Assembly: GCA_043228905.1 (NCBI GenBank)
Contig: JBHGNT010000073.1
Coordinates: 56,085 to 120,084, forward strand
Direction: 5' to 3'
DNA length: 64,000 nucleotides
Origin: Azolla caroliniana
Lineage: Eukaryota > Plantae > Polypodiophyta
Below, in pieces: positions 1 through 21,230 of this stretch (the first letter of the stretch is position 1; each line of letters opens with the position of its first letter). A program made the position numbers and the translations under genes. A model generated the notes under the pieces. The model saw only the letters and a program-made list of their open reading frames with translations, ran no database searches and was not told the DNA's origin.

Positions 1-396
1 AAGGGTTCAACGGGACAAGTACCATTGCAATTACTCGAAATGCGTTTAGATAATATTATTTTTCACTTGGGTATGGCTCCGACCATTCCTGCAGCTAGAC
101 AACCGGTCAATCACAGACACATCTTAGTCAACGATCATATTGTGGATGTACCTAGTTACCGTTGCAAACCGAAAGATATTCTTACTGTTCGGAATCGACC
201 AACTTCTTTGAATGGATTAAAAAGGACCGGTATTATTGAGTCTTCTCGAGGGAACCAAATACCAGATCACCTAACTCTCTCTTTTTCGGAGGACAACAGA
301 CCGAAGGGGTTAGTTAATAAAACCGCCACTCGAGAATCTATCGACTTGAATATAAACGAATTGTCAGTCGTCGAATACTATTCTCGGAAAGCTTAA
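1..396 (+). CDS. rps4: 30S ribosomal protein S4, 3' part (5' end outside window)
   Basis: [11 protein letters not shown]...[13 protein letters not shown]...VVEYYSR motifs; CCG/TCA codons at conserved Leu positions imply C-to-U editing. Confidence 0.97.
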   Translation, partial: KGSTGQVPLQLLEMRLDNIIFHLGMAPTIPAARQPVNHRHILVNDHIVDVPSYRCKPKDILTVRNRPTSLNGLKRTGIIESSRGNQIPDHLTLSFSEDNRPKGLVNKTATRESIDLNINELSVVEYYSRKA

Positions 397-819
397 ACCT
401 AAGCGAGTTACTTATACAATGGAGTAAGTTTTTCAGTAAATCAGATTGTTTGAGAATCCTTATAATTCTCAAGCGATCTGTTTGAGATAGAAACCAACAA
501 AGGGCTCACTAAAAAGATTAGTAAGATAGATAAAAAATCCGACTTATCTATCGCGGCAAAAAACCGTTTAAAATATCGTACTTCATACTTTAAAAGCGGA
601 GTTTTGAACAGATCTAACCGACACGTCATGAAATATTCCGGGCTACTTAAAGATTTCTAGTCCAGTAATGAGCAATTCTATTACAAAGGACCATCCGTAT
701 TCCCAACTTATCAGCCCTCTCCTTCCCGTCACTGGGAAAGTTTCGGTTATGATTAATAGTAAGTAATTTATAGGGGGAATGCCGCAACGAAGGGGATGTG
801 GAAACAGAAGGGTTTCAGA

Positions 820-906
820 AGGAAGGAGAGGGATTTGAACCCTCGGTAAACAGCAGTCTACTTAGCATTTCCGGTGCTACACCTTAAACCCCTCGGTCAC
901 CCTTCC
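820..906 (-). tRNA. trnS-GGA: tRNA-Ser(GGA)
   Basis: Reverse complement folds as GGAAGGG acceptor, TAGCA-ccGGAaa-TGCTA anticodon arm, long variable arm, GGTTCAAATCC T arm; usual position between rps4 and ycf3. Confidence 0.9.
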
Positions 907-1498
907 TTTAGGTTTGATTTTTCAGATACTATGACACATTCTAGAGATTTAGGTAGCAAAGTTGCAAGCAAGCAAGCTGGTGATCCATACATAATAGTGA
1001 GATAGTACTATTTATTTTACACACAGATCTAGTACTCACCTACTTCAGATTATTTTTAGAGATATCATTGATATCTGAGATTGACATAATATAAAACAAG
1101 AATATTTTACATATGAATCTTTATCTTGGTCACTATTAATCGGATTTCTATACAAGAGAAATCCTTTTTACTTTTGAATGGGTAGGCTTTTCTATCACAA
1201 TCCGAGAGGGGTCGAATTCGAAGAGAAAAAAAAACCTGTTTTTTTGGGGGTTGCGATAAACAAGTTTCGACACTCTGTTTCTCCACCCATCAGAAGCCTT
1301 TTTCTGTTACATGCAGAGAGGTCGAATCCATTATTCCATTGCTTTTTAATGTCTGGTTGCAAATTCAAATACATAAATGATGTGCGGCGTACTTATTGCT
1401 TTCTCGTACCGCCAAAAGCCAAAAGCATTATTTTATTAGTAATCCCGATTAATACAACAATAAGTGGAATGTGAGAGAAAAAGAATTTGGAATTGATT

Positions 1499-3395
1499 AT
1501 GCCCAGATCTCAGAGAAATGACAATTCTATTGATAAGACTTCCACAATTCTAGCAGATATTTTGTTACAAGTTTTGCCGACCACTGAAAGAGAGAGGAAA
1601 GCTTCTACATATCATAGGGATGGTGCGATTCGGTAGGGTAAATCCGTTCTTATCGACATCTAGTAAACGGTAATCCAAAAAGACCCACGTTTTGTGAAGG
1701 TGTGTTTCGATTCGGGAACAAGTCCTTCGGTCGTGTATCCACGATTCGCGCAACCTCGAATGCTACAGCCATATGACTAATAGGTTTTAGTAATAAGTGG
1801 AAGACTGAGCCTACGAAATAAAAAACTATGCATGATTTCGCGGGTGAGCGTGGGGGGAAGACACTACGCATAGAAATCGACATCACAAATACTTCGTTAA
1901 TCTGTTTTTGGTTTCGCCACGTATTAAACCTCTTTGACGACTCTAGAATCGTGGTTGACAGTGATTGGGACGACAGACACCCATCCCGTTTGTGTTTTGG
2001 ATACCCCCAGAATCATCGGAAATTGTCGAGGCGAATAATCCCCGTAATTTTTAAAAATTCAAAAACAAGGCGTTGGGAACGAAGAAATTGTAAAGGATTT
2101 TCGGAAGTAAAATAATCTATTTATTTAGTTGTTTGCCTGGAAATTTTTTGCAAGAAGGATGGTTAGGTACTAATTTTACAACACACTAGCCCCCGCTCAA
2201 TTACAGGTTAGGGGTAGAAATAATCAATTTATTTCGAACGTTACTACCCCCCGTGCTTCGGGCGGGAGTAGCCGTATGAGATGGAAATCTCACGTACGGT
2301 TTTGGAACGGGGCTTATTCGCATTAGCAACCGTAACGGATGTCGGCCCAATCCGAAGGAGAGTATGCAGAAGCTTTATAAAACTATTACAAAGCTATGCG
2401 CTTAGAAATTGATTCTTACGATCGGAGTTACATACTTCATAATATAGGTCCTATTCATACTAGTAACGGGAAACATGCAAAAGCATTGGAATATTACTTC
2501 CAAGCATTGGAGCGGAATTCTTTTCTGCCACAAGCTCTTAATAATATGGCTGTGATCTGTCACTACGTGCGATTATCTATACCTTGGGATCCTTTGGCTC
2601 GTAGCTATTCAACCAACGAAAAAGGCATCCCATAAACATACTTCTGATCTGAACGAGAGTTGTTGCAAGCTGTGGGGATAAGCTCTACCCCCTCCAGATT
2701 AACCCAAGTTTGAAAGAAGGGTAGCCTAAAGATCCCATGGGTAATCGATTAAATGGAAGGATATAGCACCGTAAAGATTCATCATTGAAGATATGGGTTG
2801 ATACAATGAGTTTGGTCTAACCAAGAAGTTACACAATCTGTCTCTGTAGCAGGGTCGATTGGAAAAATAGGGGTAACGGACCACGGTGTAGTATAAAATC
2901 CCAAAGGAACAATCTATCTGAATGGATCCATATTCAGAAGGAATAGGATAATTAGCCTTAGAAGAGGGATTTCTATATCTATATATATAGAAATCCTTCT
3001 CTTGACTGGGAGTACGGAAAGAACTATATCCGGAAAGAGGTAGAGTTGGAAACCCCCATCGATGACTACTTCCGACTCTTCGACGAATCGGAAATTGGTT
3101 TACTCTATTTCAGGGGGATAGTTTGCTAGTTAGCCAACCGGAAACGTAGTTGTTCGAGCCGTATGAGGTAGGAAACTCTCAAGTTCGGTTCTGAGGGAGG
3201 AGGTCTACAAAAAGATCCATCCATCCTGACCGAGGGGAACAGGCCATTCAGGAGGGAGACTCAGAAAATTCAGAAGCTCGGTTCGATCAAGCCGCCGATT
3301 ATCGGAGACAAGCAGTAGCACTTTCCCCTGGTAATTACATTGAAGCGCAGAATCGGTTGAAGATTACGGGACGTTCTTCTCCCCTGAGTGAGTGA
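1499..3395 (+). CDS. ycf3: PSI assembly factor Ycf3; exons 1499-1622, 2337-2566, 3231-3395; in-frame TAA at 2378 needs U-to-C editing
   Basis: MPRSQRNDN..., [23 protein letters not shown]|RGEQAI motifs; canonical 124 and 230 nt exons; GTGCG intron starts. Confidence 0.95.
1623..2336 (+). other. group II intron (ycf3 intron 1)
   Basis: 5' GTGCG, domain V AGCCGTATGAG...CTCACGTACGGTT at about 2270-2302, 3' AC. Confidence 0.93.
2567..3230 (+). other. group II intron (ycf3 intron 2)
   Basis: 5' GTGCG, domain V GAGCCGTATGAGGTAGGAAACTCTCAAGTTCGGTTC at about 3156-3191, 3' AC. Confidence 0.93.
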
Positions 3396-3659
3396 GGGAA
3401 GCACAACCACTTACATGGAGAGATAGACTAAAAAGAATGGCAGAAAAAAAAGCTAACCCGAACCGATCCGGTTGCATGGACCCAACCCCCTGCGGGATTA
3501 AAAGAGTGATGATTTGTGTAAAGTCCACAAGGCCCGAATAGGTTGTGTAATAATAGAATCAAATGCCTGACCCGGATGAGTCTTCCATCGATCGTAGTTG
3601 TTCCAGTTCCAAATTCAAAGATAAAGAGAAAACTTTGCCGGTTGCTAATTTAGTAATAA

Positions 3660-5990
<2,331 letters not shown>

Positions 5991-5997
5991 TGGCTAG

Positions 5998-8220
<2,223 letters not shown>

Positions 8221-8491
8221 TCCATCCGTTTCTGAATTTACCTCCTAATCAACAGAGTCTTTTTTTCTATTTTTAGTTTGTCCGTGCCACTATTACCCCG
8301 TTGGGGCTAATCGCAAAATCAACCAGATTACAAGTTGATTCATAAAAAGAAAAAGGAAAAAAATGTATATATACTTTTTTTTTCCTTTTTCTACCCACAA
8401 GTCGAGGGCAAATAAATACTTCCATAACAGATCTTATCCGTGTTCTATGTTTAGAATAGCATAAAAATCCCATTCAACTGACTTGTGAATT

Positions 8492-8794
8492 ACGGCAAGA
8501 AAGAGTCTTATTGAGAAGGAGAAAAGGAAAAAAGAATTAGTAAAAGAATATGAAGCTATTCGTCAATCTTTGAAACGGCAAATCAGGATCAGTTCATCAA
8601 TCCAGCAAAAGATAGAAATTTCTAAGCAGCTGCAATCTTTGCCGCGTAATAGTGCGCCTACTCGTCTCCGTAACCGATGTTCCCTAACCGGACGACCCAG
8701 ATCCAATTATCGAGACTTTGGTTTATCCAGACATGTACCTCGTGAAATGGCACATACTTGTTTGTTGCCTGGGGTAAAAAAATCAAGTTGGTAA
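8492..8794 (+). CDS. rps14: 30S ribosomal protein S14; ACG start
   Basis: (M)ARKSLIEKE...[19 protein letters not shown]...KSSW; 303 nt. Confidence 0.97.
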   Translation, partial: TARKSLIEKEKRKKELVKEYEAIRQSLKRQIRISSSIQQKIEISKQLQSLPRNSAPTRLRNRCSLTGRPRSNYRDFGLSRHVPREMAHTCLLPGVKKSSW

Positions 8795-8918
8795 ATAAAG
8801 AGAAACTCTACTAATAAAGTATAAAAAAAGATATATATAGATTACATAGTTCTTTCTTTTTTCATGTTCAATGCAATTATTAAAGGATGTATAATAATTA
8901 CATCGAAGGTATCGATTA

Positions 8919-8992
8919 CGCGGGGTAGAGCAGCTTGGTAGCTCGCAAGGCTCATAACCTTGAGGTCACAGGTTCAAATCCTGTCTCCGCAA
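8919..8992 (+). tRNA. trnfM-CAU: tRNA-fMet(CAU)
   Basis: CGCGGGGTAGAGCAGCTTGGTAGCTCGCAAGGCTCATAACCTTG..., C1:A72 mismatch. Confidence 0.97.
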
Positions 8993-9151
8993 AGGAAACC
9001 ACCGATTCTTTCTCTATTGCTGGTGCAGCAGGTCATGCCCCCCGTCGAGCTTACCCTAAAAGTTCCGCTCATCTGGAAATAGAATAGATATTAATACTAA
9101 AAAAATATGACTATTTAAATTAAATAAAAGAGGGTAGATAAAAAAATCTAG

Positions 9152-9223
9152 GCCCCTTTAACTCAGTGGTAGAGTACCGCCATGGTAAGGCGTAAGTCAT
9201 CGGTTCAAATCCGATAAGGGGCT
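9152..9223 (+). tRNA. trnT-GGU: tRNA-Thr(GGU)
   Basis: GCCCCTT acceptor, anticodon loop ATGGTAA, GGTTCAAATCC. Confidence 0.95.
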
Positions 9224-10827
9224 GGTCAAACAAAGATACCATAAAGAAAACATCATTTATATCGTTTCGAGGGAAGTCGCTAAACCAGAGCCAGTATGAG
9301 TTACGAGGGAAATAAAAAAAAGCCTGCTTACGCAAAAACCTCAAGATGCTGGCACAAAATGAGTTCTTTCGCGAGATACCAGTATTTTTTCATAAAACTT
9401 GAAACAATCTACCAGATTCTTTGAACAAAACCTTTTCTGTGAACAAATCCTTTTCTGTTCACTTACGACTCTACTAAAGGAAATCTAAATACCGATAGAA
9501 TTAGCGACAGATTGATAGGTGAAAATGTGGTATGGCTGGCTCATCCAGCCAGTGGTGAAGCTCACTACGAGACTAGCTCTTCTTTCATTTGACTATTTTT
9601 TTTTTTATCACCCTGTTTTCTGATCGAAAAAGCGAAGTTATAGTTATCAGTGATACCCAAGAATCAGATGGATATAATTTTTAATTTCCGGAAGTTTCAA
9701 GTTATATCTAGTCTGGGGATTCAATACGAACAATCAATATCAGTATGCTTCTATTGATTAGAAAGAAAAATATATAGATATATATATCTATATATTTTTT
9801 CATTTTATTGTCCGAGTGACTCTTAGTTGTTGAGTTACTGAGTAGTTATTCGACCTACTTGATTAGGACTAAACTTCCTGATCTGTTTTTTAAATTCCTC
9901 ACAAAAAAAAGGATTCTATTGAAACTACCCGAACTTGCTGGAATTAAGAAAATAGACCTTTGATTCAACATCGAGGTTTTACATGCTTTTTACTGATCAA
10001 ATCTGGGTTGAAGTTATCCTACTACCAGACAAATCAAAACCAGAAAGCTTTCAATTCTTATGAGAGATTGGTAAAATAAGTATTGGGGTATTTAGAGAGT
10101 ATGGGTTAGTGTCGCAGGGAGATCAGGCGGATCCATGAATATTAGTATATCCCAATCTCTCGAAGAATATACTTTTTGTTTCTCTTCTCGCTTGCATCAT
10201 GCAATACCTCTTTTTTTTCTTCACCGACAGAGGGAAAAGATGCTATATCTAGAATAGTTGTTGAAAGATATTAGGACTGCGGGGGAGTATTCAGTAGACA
10301 CCGTTTGTTCGACGACGGAAAATGAAAGAAAGAGATATATATCTATATTTTTTTTTTTTAAAAAAATCCCGAGCCGAGGGTCTATTGATGCGACGCAAAG
10401 GTGACAAAATTATGGAAGAAGAGAGAGGTTTACCCACCTTCTGAACGATCGGGTAACAGACTGTCTTATCTTAGGTCGATATGGATATGTCGAAACATAG
10501 GAAGTTATAAGAAACGTAGGGTTGTGGCAAGCAAGAAGGGGAGGAATAGATGTAGCAATGAACAAAAAAGCAAGAGAGGATAGAAGATAAAAAGTAGATA
10601 TTTTAGAGAGAACGAGATTGAAAGGAATGGGAGTTTTTAAGGAGAGGGTCTTCCCAGTCGAGTGAAATCGATCGATATCACTCTCGCGCTAGCTGCTACA
10701 AAAAAACAGACTGTTTCGTTGAACGATTCTTTCAGAAGGGATGACGATGCTACGCTCCGCAAGGCGGTGTGATTATAACTACGTCATCAAGAATAAAAGG
10801 GAACCCATAAGTTATTCGAGGAGTTGA

Positions 10828-13248
<2,421 letters not shown>

Positions 13249-13824
13249 AGAACAAAACGCGGGAAAATAAGAAAGTTCAAATTCTCGGAAAAAGGAAAGG
13301 ATTCTCCCTCTACTGCTACTGGTAGTAAGTCCATATGCGCTTGATGAATGTACATTTCTGTCGGCGGATTCGTTACCTATTCCATTAAATCCAAGTAGAT
13401 TTATATTGTCTATCCATCTATTCGGATGGGTAGACACCAACAACTTCGGAGTCTAGCTAGCTCAACGATATGGGCAACCTCAAAATGATAAATACTTTAA
13501 GTTTTTATGCAGTAATGAATGTATATGTGTCAGAAACGACGATTTCTTAGGAGCTACTTTTAGGTAGACTGTCAGAGCGGAGGCGGTTGGTTGCTATAAC
13601 TCTATAACTGGAAATCTAAATTTCCGTCGAAGCGGGAGACTAGCGTCAACCCGATTTATTTGTACTTGGATTGGTTTTTCGACGCATCATAGGCAACAAA
13701 TCCCCTCGTCAACTACTTTTTTTTCTAAAAGTCATTTTTTTTTTTTTAGAGACCACCCACATACCATATAATGCTGACGTCTCTCAATATTATTATTATG
13801 GCTTAATCTTCGATATTGAACTGT

Positions 13825-13913
13825 AGGAGAGAGAGGGATTCGAACCCTCGATGGTGTTTCGGCACCATGCCAGTTTTCAAGACTGGAGCCATAAACCACT
13901 CGGCCATCTCTCC
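13825..13913 (-). tRNA. trnS-UGA: tRNA-Ser(UGA)
   Basis: GGAGAGATGGCCGAGTGG...CCAGT CTTGAAA ACTGG, long variable arm. Confidence 0.96.
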
Positions 13914-14276
13914 TAGATACATAGAATCCTTGTCTAACAATCAGAAGTATCAATGATCTACCTTCTTGGTAGATAGATTATCTCAACGTCAATATATATG
14001 TATTGTATCGAAACTTACCTATAGTATGGAAGATATGAAACGGATTTTCTTGTAAGATTGATGGTAGAATTCTGTGGATCACTGTTGCTAATTGCGGAAT
14101 TTTTCCACCTCCATTCAATGAGTCATCGATAGATTGAGTAACATCAAAATATAGAGTACCAGAAGGTTTTTAGCTCCCGCTTAATATCTTACCTTCTGTT
14201 GGTACAACGAGAATCTTGCCGAATGAGGATTGGATGGTACAAACAACCCATTTTTGATACCCAGGGAATTAGAATT

Positions 14277-14468
14277 ACGACTATAGCTTTTCAATTGGCT
14301 TTATTTGCACTAATCACCATATCATTCTTACTAGTTGTTGGTGTACCTGTTGCGCTCGCGTCTCCTGATGGTTGGTCCAGCAATAAAAATTTTGTATTTT
14401 CGGGGGCTTCGTTATGGATCGGATTAGTTTTCTTAGTAGGTATACCCAATTCCTTTATTTCCCAATGA
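14277..14468 (+). CDS. psbZ: PSII protein Z; ACG start; CAA at 14463 probably edited to a UAA stop
   Basis: (M)[11 protein letters not shown]...[11 protein letters not shown]...NSFIS, 62 aa, then CAA TGA. Confidence 0.96.
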   Translation, partial: TTIAFQLALFALITISFLLVVGVPVALASPDGWSSNKNFVFSGASLWIGLVFLVGIPNSFISQ

Positions 14469-14722
14469 TTAATAATCCCAGTACTCCGGAACTTACTATC
14501 GCGGGTAGAGACGCAATAAATATCGTTAAGATATAATCTACTCTAAAAAGGAGTTACGGAGTAGCTTTTTCGCCTCAATCTATCTCGGGGGAGAGGGCGG
14601 GTGGGTCCCCTCGCCCGCAACCCGATCGAGTCAAGCAGCTAATCAAGAAGCCGAATGACTTGCAGAGGTTACTATATACTAAGCCTGCGATGGAGTGTAC
14701 AATAAAAGTGATAGGAAAATCT

Positions 14723-14793
14723 GCGGATATAGTTGAATGGTAAAATATCTCCTTGCCAAGGAGATGACGCGGGTTCGATTCCCGCTATCCGCC
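14723..14793 (+). tRNA. trnG-GCC: tRNA-Gly(GCC)
   Basis: GCGGATA acceptor, TCTCC TTGCCAA GGAGA anticodon arm. Confidence 0.96.
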
Positions 14794-15086
14794 CATAAAA
14801 TCACTCAGGAGCATGCTCCGTACGTGGAGGAAAGAGTGCATCAAAAGTTTAATTGCAAGAATCACTAAATGATTTTTTTGCTTGCTCAGCAAAAAAAAAA
14901 AAAAACCATTAAGTAATCGCTATTTTTGGGGTGACTCGGAAGAGTGCGGGAATCAGCCACTTGCTAAAGCTCCCACCGAGTAGTATACTTATTAGTTAGT
15001 AGACTACTAGTTATAAGGCCTTCCGTATCGATATAAGCTTAGCCTTCGACCAGATCAAGATCAACTATCGGTGGTTCGGTAAGGGG

Positions 15087-15158
15087 GGCGATATAGTCAA
15101 GTGGTAAGACAGAGGATTGCAAATCCTTGATTCCCCAGTTCGAGTCTGGGTGTCGCCT
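15087..15158 (+). tRNA. trnC-GCA: tRNA-Cys(GCA)
   Basis: GGCGATA/TGTCGCC acceptor, GAGGA TTGCAAA TCCTT. Confidence 0.95.
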
Positions 15159-15647
15159 ACTAAAAGTCTCAGTGGTATTCGTCAAGTCAAGTAGAGTTTT
15201 TTAAGAAAGGAGTAGAGAAGGGGCTATAAAGATAAGGAGAAGTAAGAAGAGCAAAAAAGATAGATAGATTAACCTTTTTATTCTATTTCTTTGACAATTA
15301 TCAGGGATTGTTTGCCGCGCCGAAACCAGATACAAACCGAGATGCTCTACGGTCTATCATAGCCTATCACTTTGAATGTATCTGGGTGTATCACGCGTAA
15401 GCAACCCCAATATTAGTATAACATCAGTTGCTGTATCAGATGTCTGAATCAGCAAAAATCTCAAATGAATGTTTGGTCACATTAAAAAAAAGGTATATAC
15501 GCCGTCACTATCCTTCGCTATTAGGGTATCCTAGTAAGTAGGAATCAAATCCTCACGCGTTGCGTATGTGGGATATCCATGCGTAGACTCGTAGATAATC
15601 GATCAAAAGTAATTTTTGGGATAGTCGGAAAGATAGGAATCACAATC

Positions 15648-15737
15648 ACGGATCCAGTTAGTATAGCTTGGGCTGCTTCGACGGCGACATCTACGTTCTC
15701 TTTATCACTTGTAGTTTGGGGAAGAAGCGGATCGTAA
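15648..15737 (+). CDS. petN: cytochrome b6f subunit VIII; ACG start, heavily edited
   Basis: Genomic TDPVSIAWAASTATSTFSLSLVVWGRSGS matches PetN after C-to-U edits; 90 nt; missed by the ORF track. Confidence 0.95.
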   Translation, partial: TDPVSIAWAASTATSTFSLSLVVWGRSGS

Positions 15738-16012
15738 AAAAAAGTGGTTGACTCTTCCTCTTGTAGATTGATCTGATTAATGCTCATCGTTGCGGAGGAG
15801 GTACAAGACAAGCAACCCCCCTCTACCTTTTTTGCGGAGAGGGGGGTCCAATCTCTACTCGAAAAGAACGACGGCGTTTCGCTACCGGAACTGTGCTGCG
15901 TATAACCGCCCGCCGTGCCTCAAAAAACTGGTCTGTTCTTCCCTATCCCACAACGAATACTTATTCTAAGTTTCTTTGCTCATTTACAAACGCTGCCTTA
16001 TGCCAACCAACA

Positions 16013-16117
16013 TCAGTTGTTTTGAGCGGCCGTTTGAATATAGAGAATCAGTAAAAAAGCTGTTGGGATTAGGATGAAAAGTGCGGTGGCTACGAACGCA
16101 AGAATGTTAACTTCCGT
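16013..16117 (-). CDS. psbM: PSII protein M; ACG start
   Basis: (M)[33 protein letters not shown]. Confidence 0.96.
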   Translation of the reverse strand, partial: TEVNILAFVATALFILIPTAFLLILYIQTAAQNN

Positions 16118-16520
16118 ATTAGTAGTTCAAATCGATTAAAGAGTAATATGAGTTGTCCCGTCGGGCTAAAACTCTTGGACTCTGTTATGAACCATCTATT
16201 TGTTTCGTTGCTGGTTTAGTCGGGTCGACCGAATCAAATGTATCCAATCCAATCATTCGGGGGCGATAAACTTTTTTGGTTGAACCCCCAATATCGATTA
16301 CATAGTATATCACGAAATAGTTTTTTGAGAATACCTGTTCCTCCTATCTTCCGTACAGGGGTAACCAAGCTTTCGTCAGTCATCGACCAATCAGCTATCG
16401 CTGTTTGATGAGGGGATATTCTAAAAAAAATTAAAGCAATTTTCTGAACTGGAGGTATAAAAAATTTTCTTGGGTTTTCTAGTTACTTTTAGAACTTTTT
16501 AAGAAAAAATATTAGATTGA

Positions 16521-16549
16521 TTGACTTTTGGTGGGGAACACTCTATAAT
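16521..16549 (+). promoter_or_regulatory. sigma70-type (PEP) promoter of trnE-trnY
   Basis: TTGACT-17 nt-TATAAT ending 16 nt upstream of trnE. Confidence 0.8.
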
Positions 16550-16565
16550 CCTAGGAGGTAATCTG

Positions 16566-16638
16566 GCCCCCATCGTCTAGAGGCCTAGGACAACTCTCTT
16601 TCACGGAGGCGGCGGGGATTCGAATTCCCCTGGGGGTA
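16566..16638 (+). tRNA. trnE-UUC: tRNA-Glu(UUC)
   Basis: GCCCCCATCGTCTAG...CTTTCAC loop...GATTCGAATTCCCCTGGGGGTA. Confidence 0.95.
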
Positions 16639-16817
16639 GCACTCATTCGGCAAGAACCTCACGAATCTTATCGGAGATATTTCTATAGAATAATCCCATT
16701 CCTTTGGCTCGTGCCTAAAAAGTGATGAGTTATAAGATTCAACTTGTCGGGACGCTATGATTACCATAGAACTCCAATTCCGAAACGAAAACGTTTTGTG
16801 ACTTTTTTTTTAAGTGC

Positions 16818-16899
16818 GGGTCGATGCTCGAGTGGTTAATGGGGACGGACTGTAAATCCGCTGGCGACGCCTACGCTGGTTCGAATCCAGCTCGACCCA
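16818..16899 (+). tRNA. trnY-GUA: tRNA-Tyr(GUA)
   Basis: GGGTCGA acceptor, ACGGA CTGTAAA TCCGC, variable arm. Confidence 0.96.
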
Positions 16900-16997
16900 A
16901 GAGACGGATACACTTTTGTGTATCTTGTTGATCTTTTTTAGAGATGTCATCACTGAATAAATACGGTGGAATCAGTCCAGTTCGGTAAAACAACGAT

Positions 16998-17071
16998 CGG
17001 GATTGACGGGTCTCGAACCCGCAACTTCCGCCTTGACAGGGCGGTGCTCTAACCAATTGAACTACAATCCC
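16998..17071 (-). tRNA. trnD-GUC: tRNA-Asp(GUC), inverted relative to trnE/trnY
   Basis: Reverse complement GGGATTGTAGTTCAATTGGTTAGAGCACCGCCCTGTCAAGGCGG... Confidence 0.97.
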
Positions 17072-17084
17072 AGGAAGTATTTAG

Positions 17085-17113
17085 AGTTTATGTAGTAGAT
17101 AGTTCAAAGTCAA
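17085..17113 (-). promoter_or_regulatory. putative sigma70-type promoter of trnD
   Basis: Minus strand TTGACT-17 nt-TAAACT ending 13 nt upstream of trnD. Confidence 0.65.
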
Positions 17114-17940
17114 CGACCTTGTTGGATTGGATTCTTACTCGACGAATAATTTTGTAAAAGACAGAGTAGATCTGTATAGTTGGATTTCGAAGCAAAAGTT
17201 AGGATAGGATCAAACCGAACTTATGGGGCTGGTGTTGGGTAGTGGTTCGGAATCATGTCAAGGAAGTCAAAACGAAAAGGTGATTTTTAAGTTTTGTTCA
17301 ATCCAGAAACTCGACGAGCAGAAAAAAAGATATATATATCTTTTTTTTTATCCCTACTGGTTGGTTTGGTGGTTTTTTGCATGTAGTAAAGACAACTACT
17401 GCGTAGTTCTATGAGTATGAACAGAAGATCTCCGTGGGTCGGTTACTTCTTATGTTATGACTTATTGCATTACACTGAAGTCGTTTCGATGGTCACTACA
17501 TGTACAACTACCCACCTAGTATAAGTAACTAGAATTATAATAATCATTTTTATGATAAAGTTTTCTGCTTCCCTAGCAATTGAATCTACTGATATAATAA
17601 ACTTGCTTAGTTTTAGTCTGTTCGCCGCGAGTCGTTGTATTCTTACGAATGATCAAAAAATCTGTTTTTTCTTTTTTAGAATAAAAAGATTTCTTAACTT
17701 AAAATACCGTTTCGTACTGCCAAAAATCCGTCGGTGGATTTTGTTTACCCTCTATCTTCTATACTATCCCCCAATCTGTTTGTTTCTCCTTCCCTTGGTT
17801 TTTTTTTATTCCAAAATAAAAACGAATATTTCCGCTTATTTTGACACAAAAGGTATCCTGGTTGAAGGAAGAATAAGAACAAACGAAAGAAAAAGAAAGA
17901 TATATTGAAATGGTGGAGTTTTATCCGAGATTTAGTCTCG

Positions 17941-21186
<3,246 letters not shown>

Positions 21187-21230
21187 TACTCCATAGAAGT
21201 AAAAAAAAACCAATTGAAACTTTTTATCTT

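Noticed and set aside
1178-1474. 98-aa ORF upstream of ycf3
   Set aside because: No recognisable homology; crosses A/T homopolymers; likely 5' UTR or spacer
17552-17908. 118-aa hydrophobic ORF upstream of rpoB
   Set aside because: Phe/Leu/Lys content follows from T and A runs in an AT-rich promoter spacer; no SD or motif
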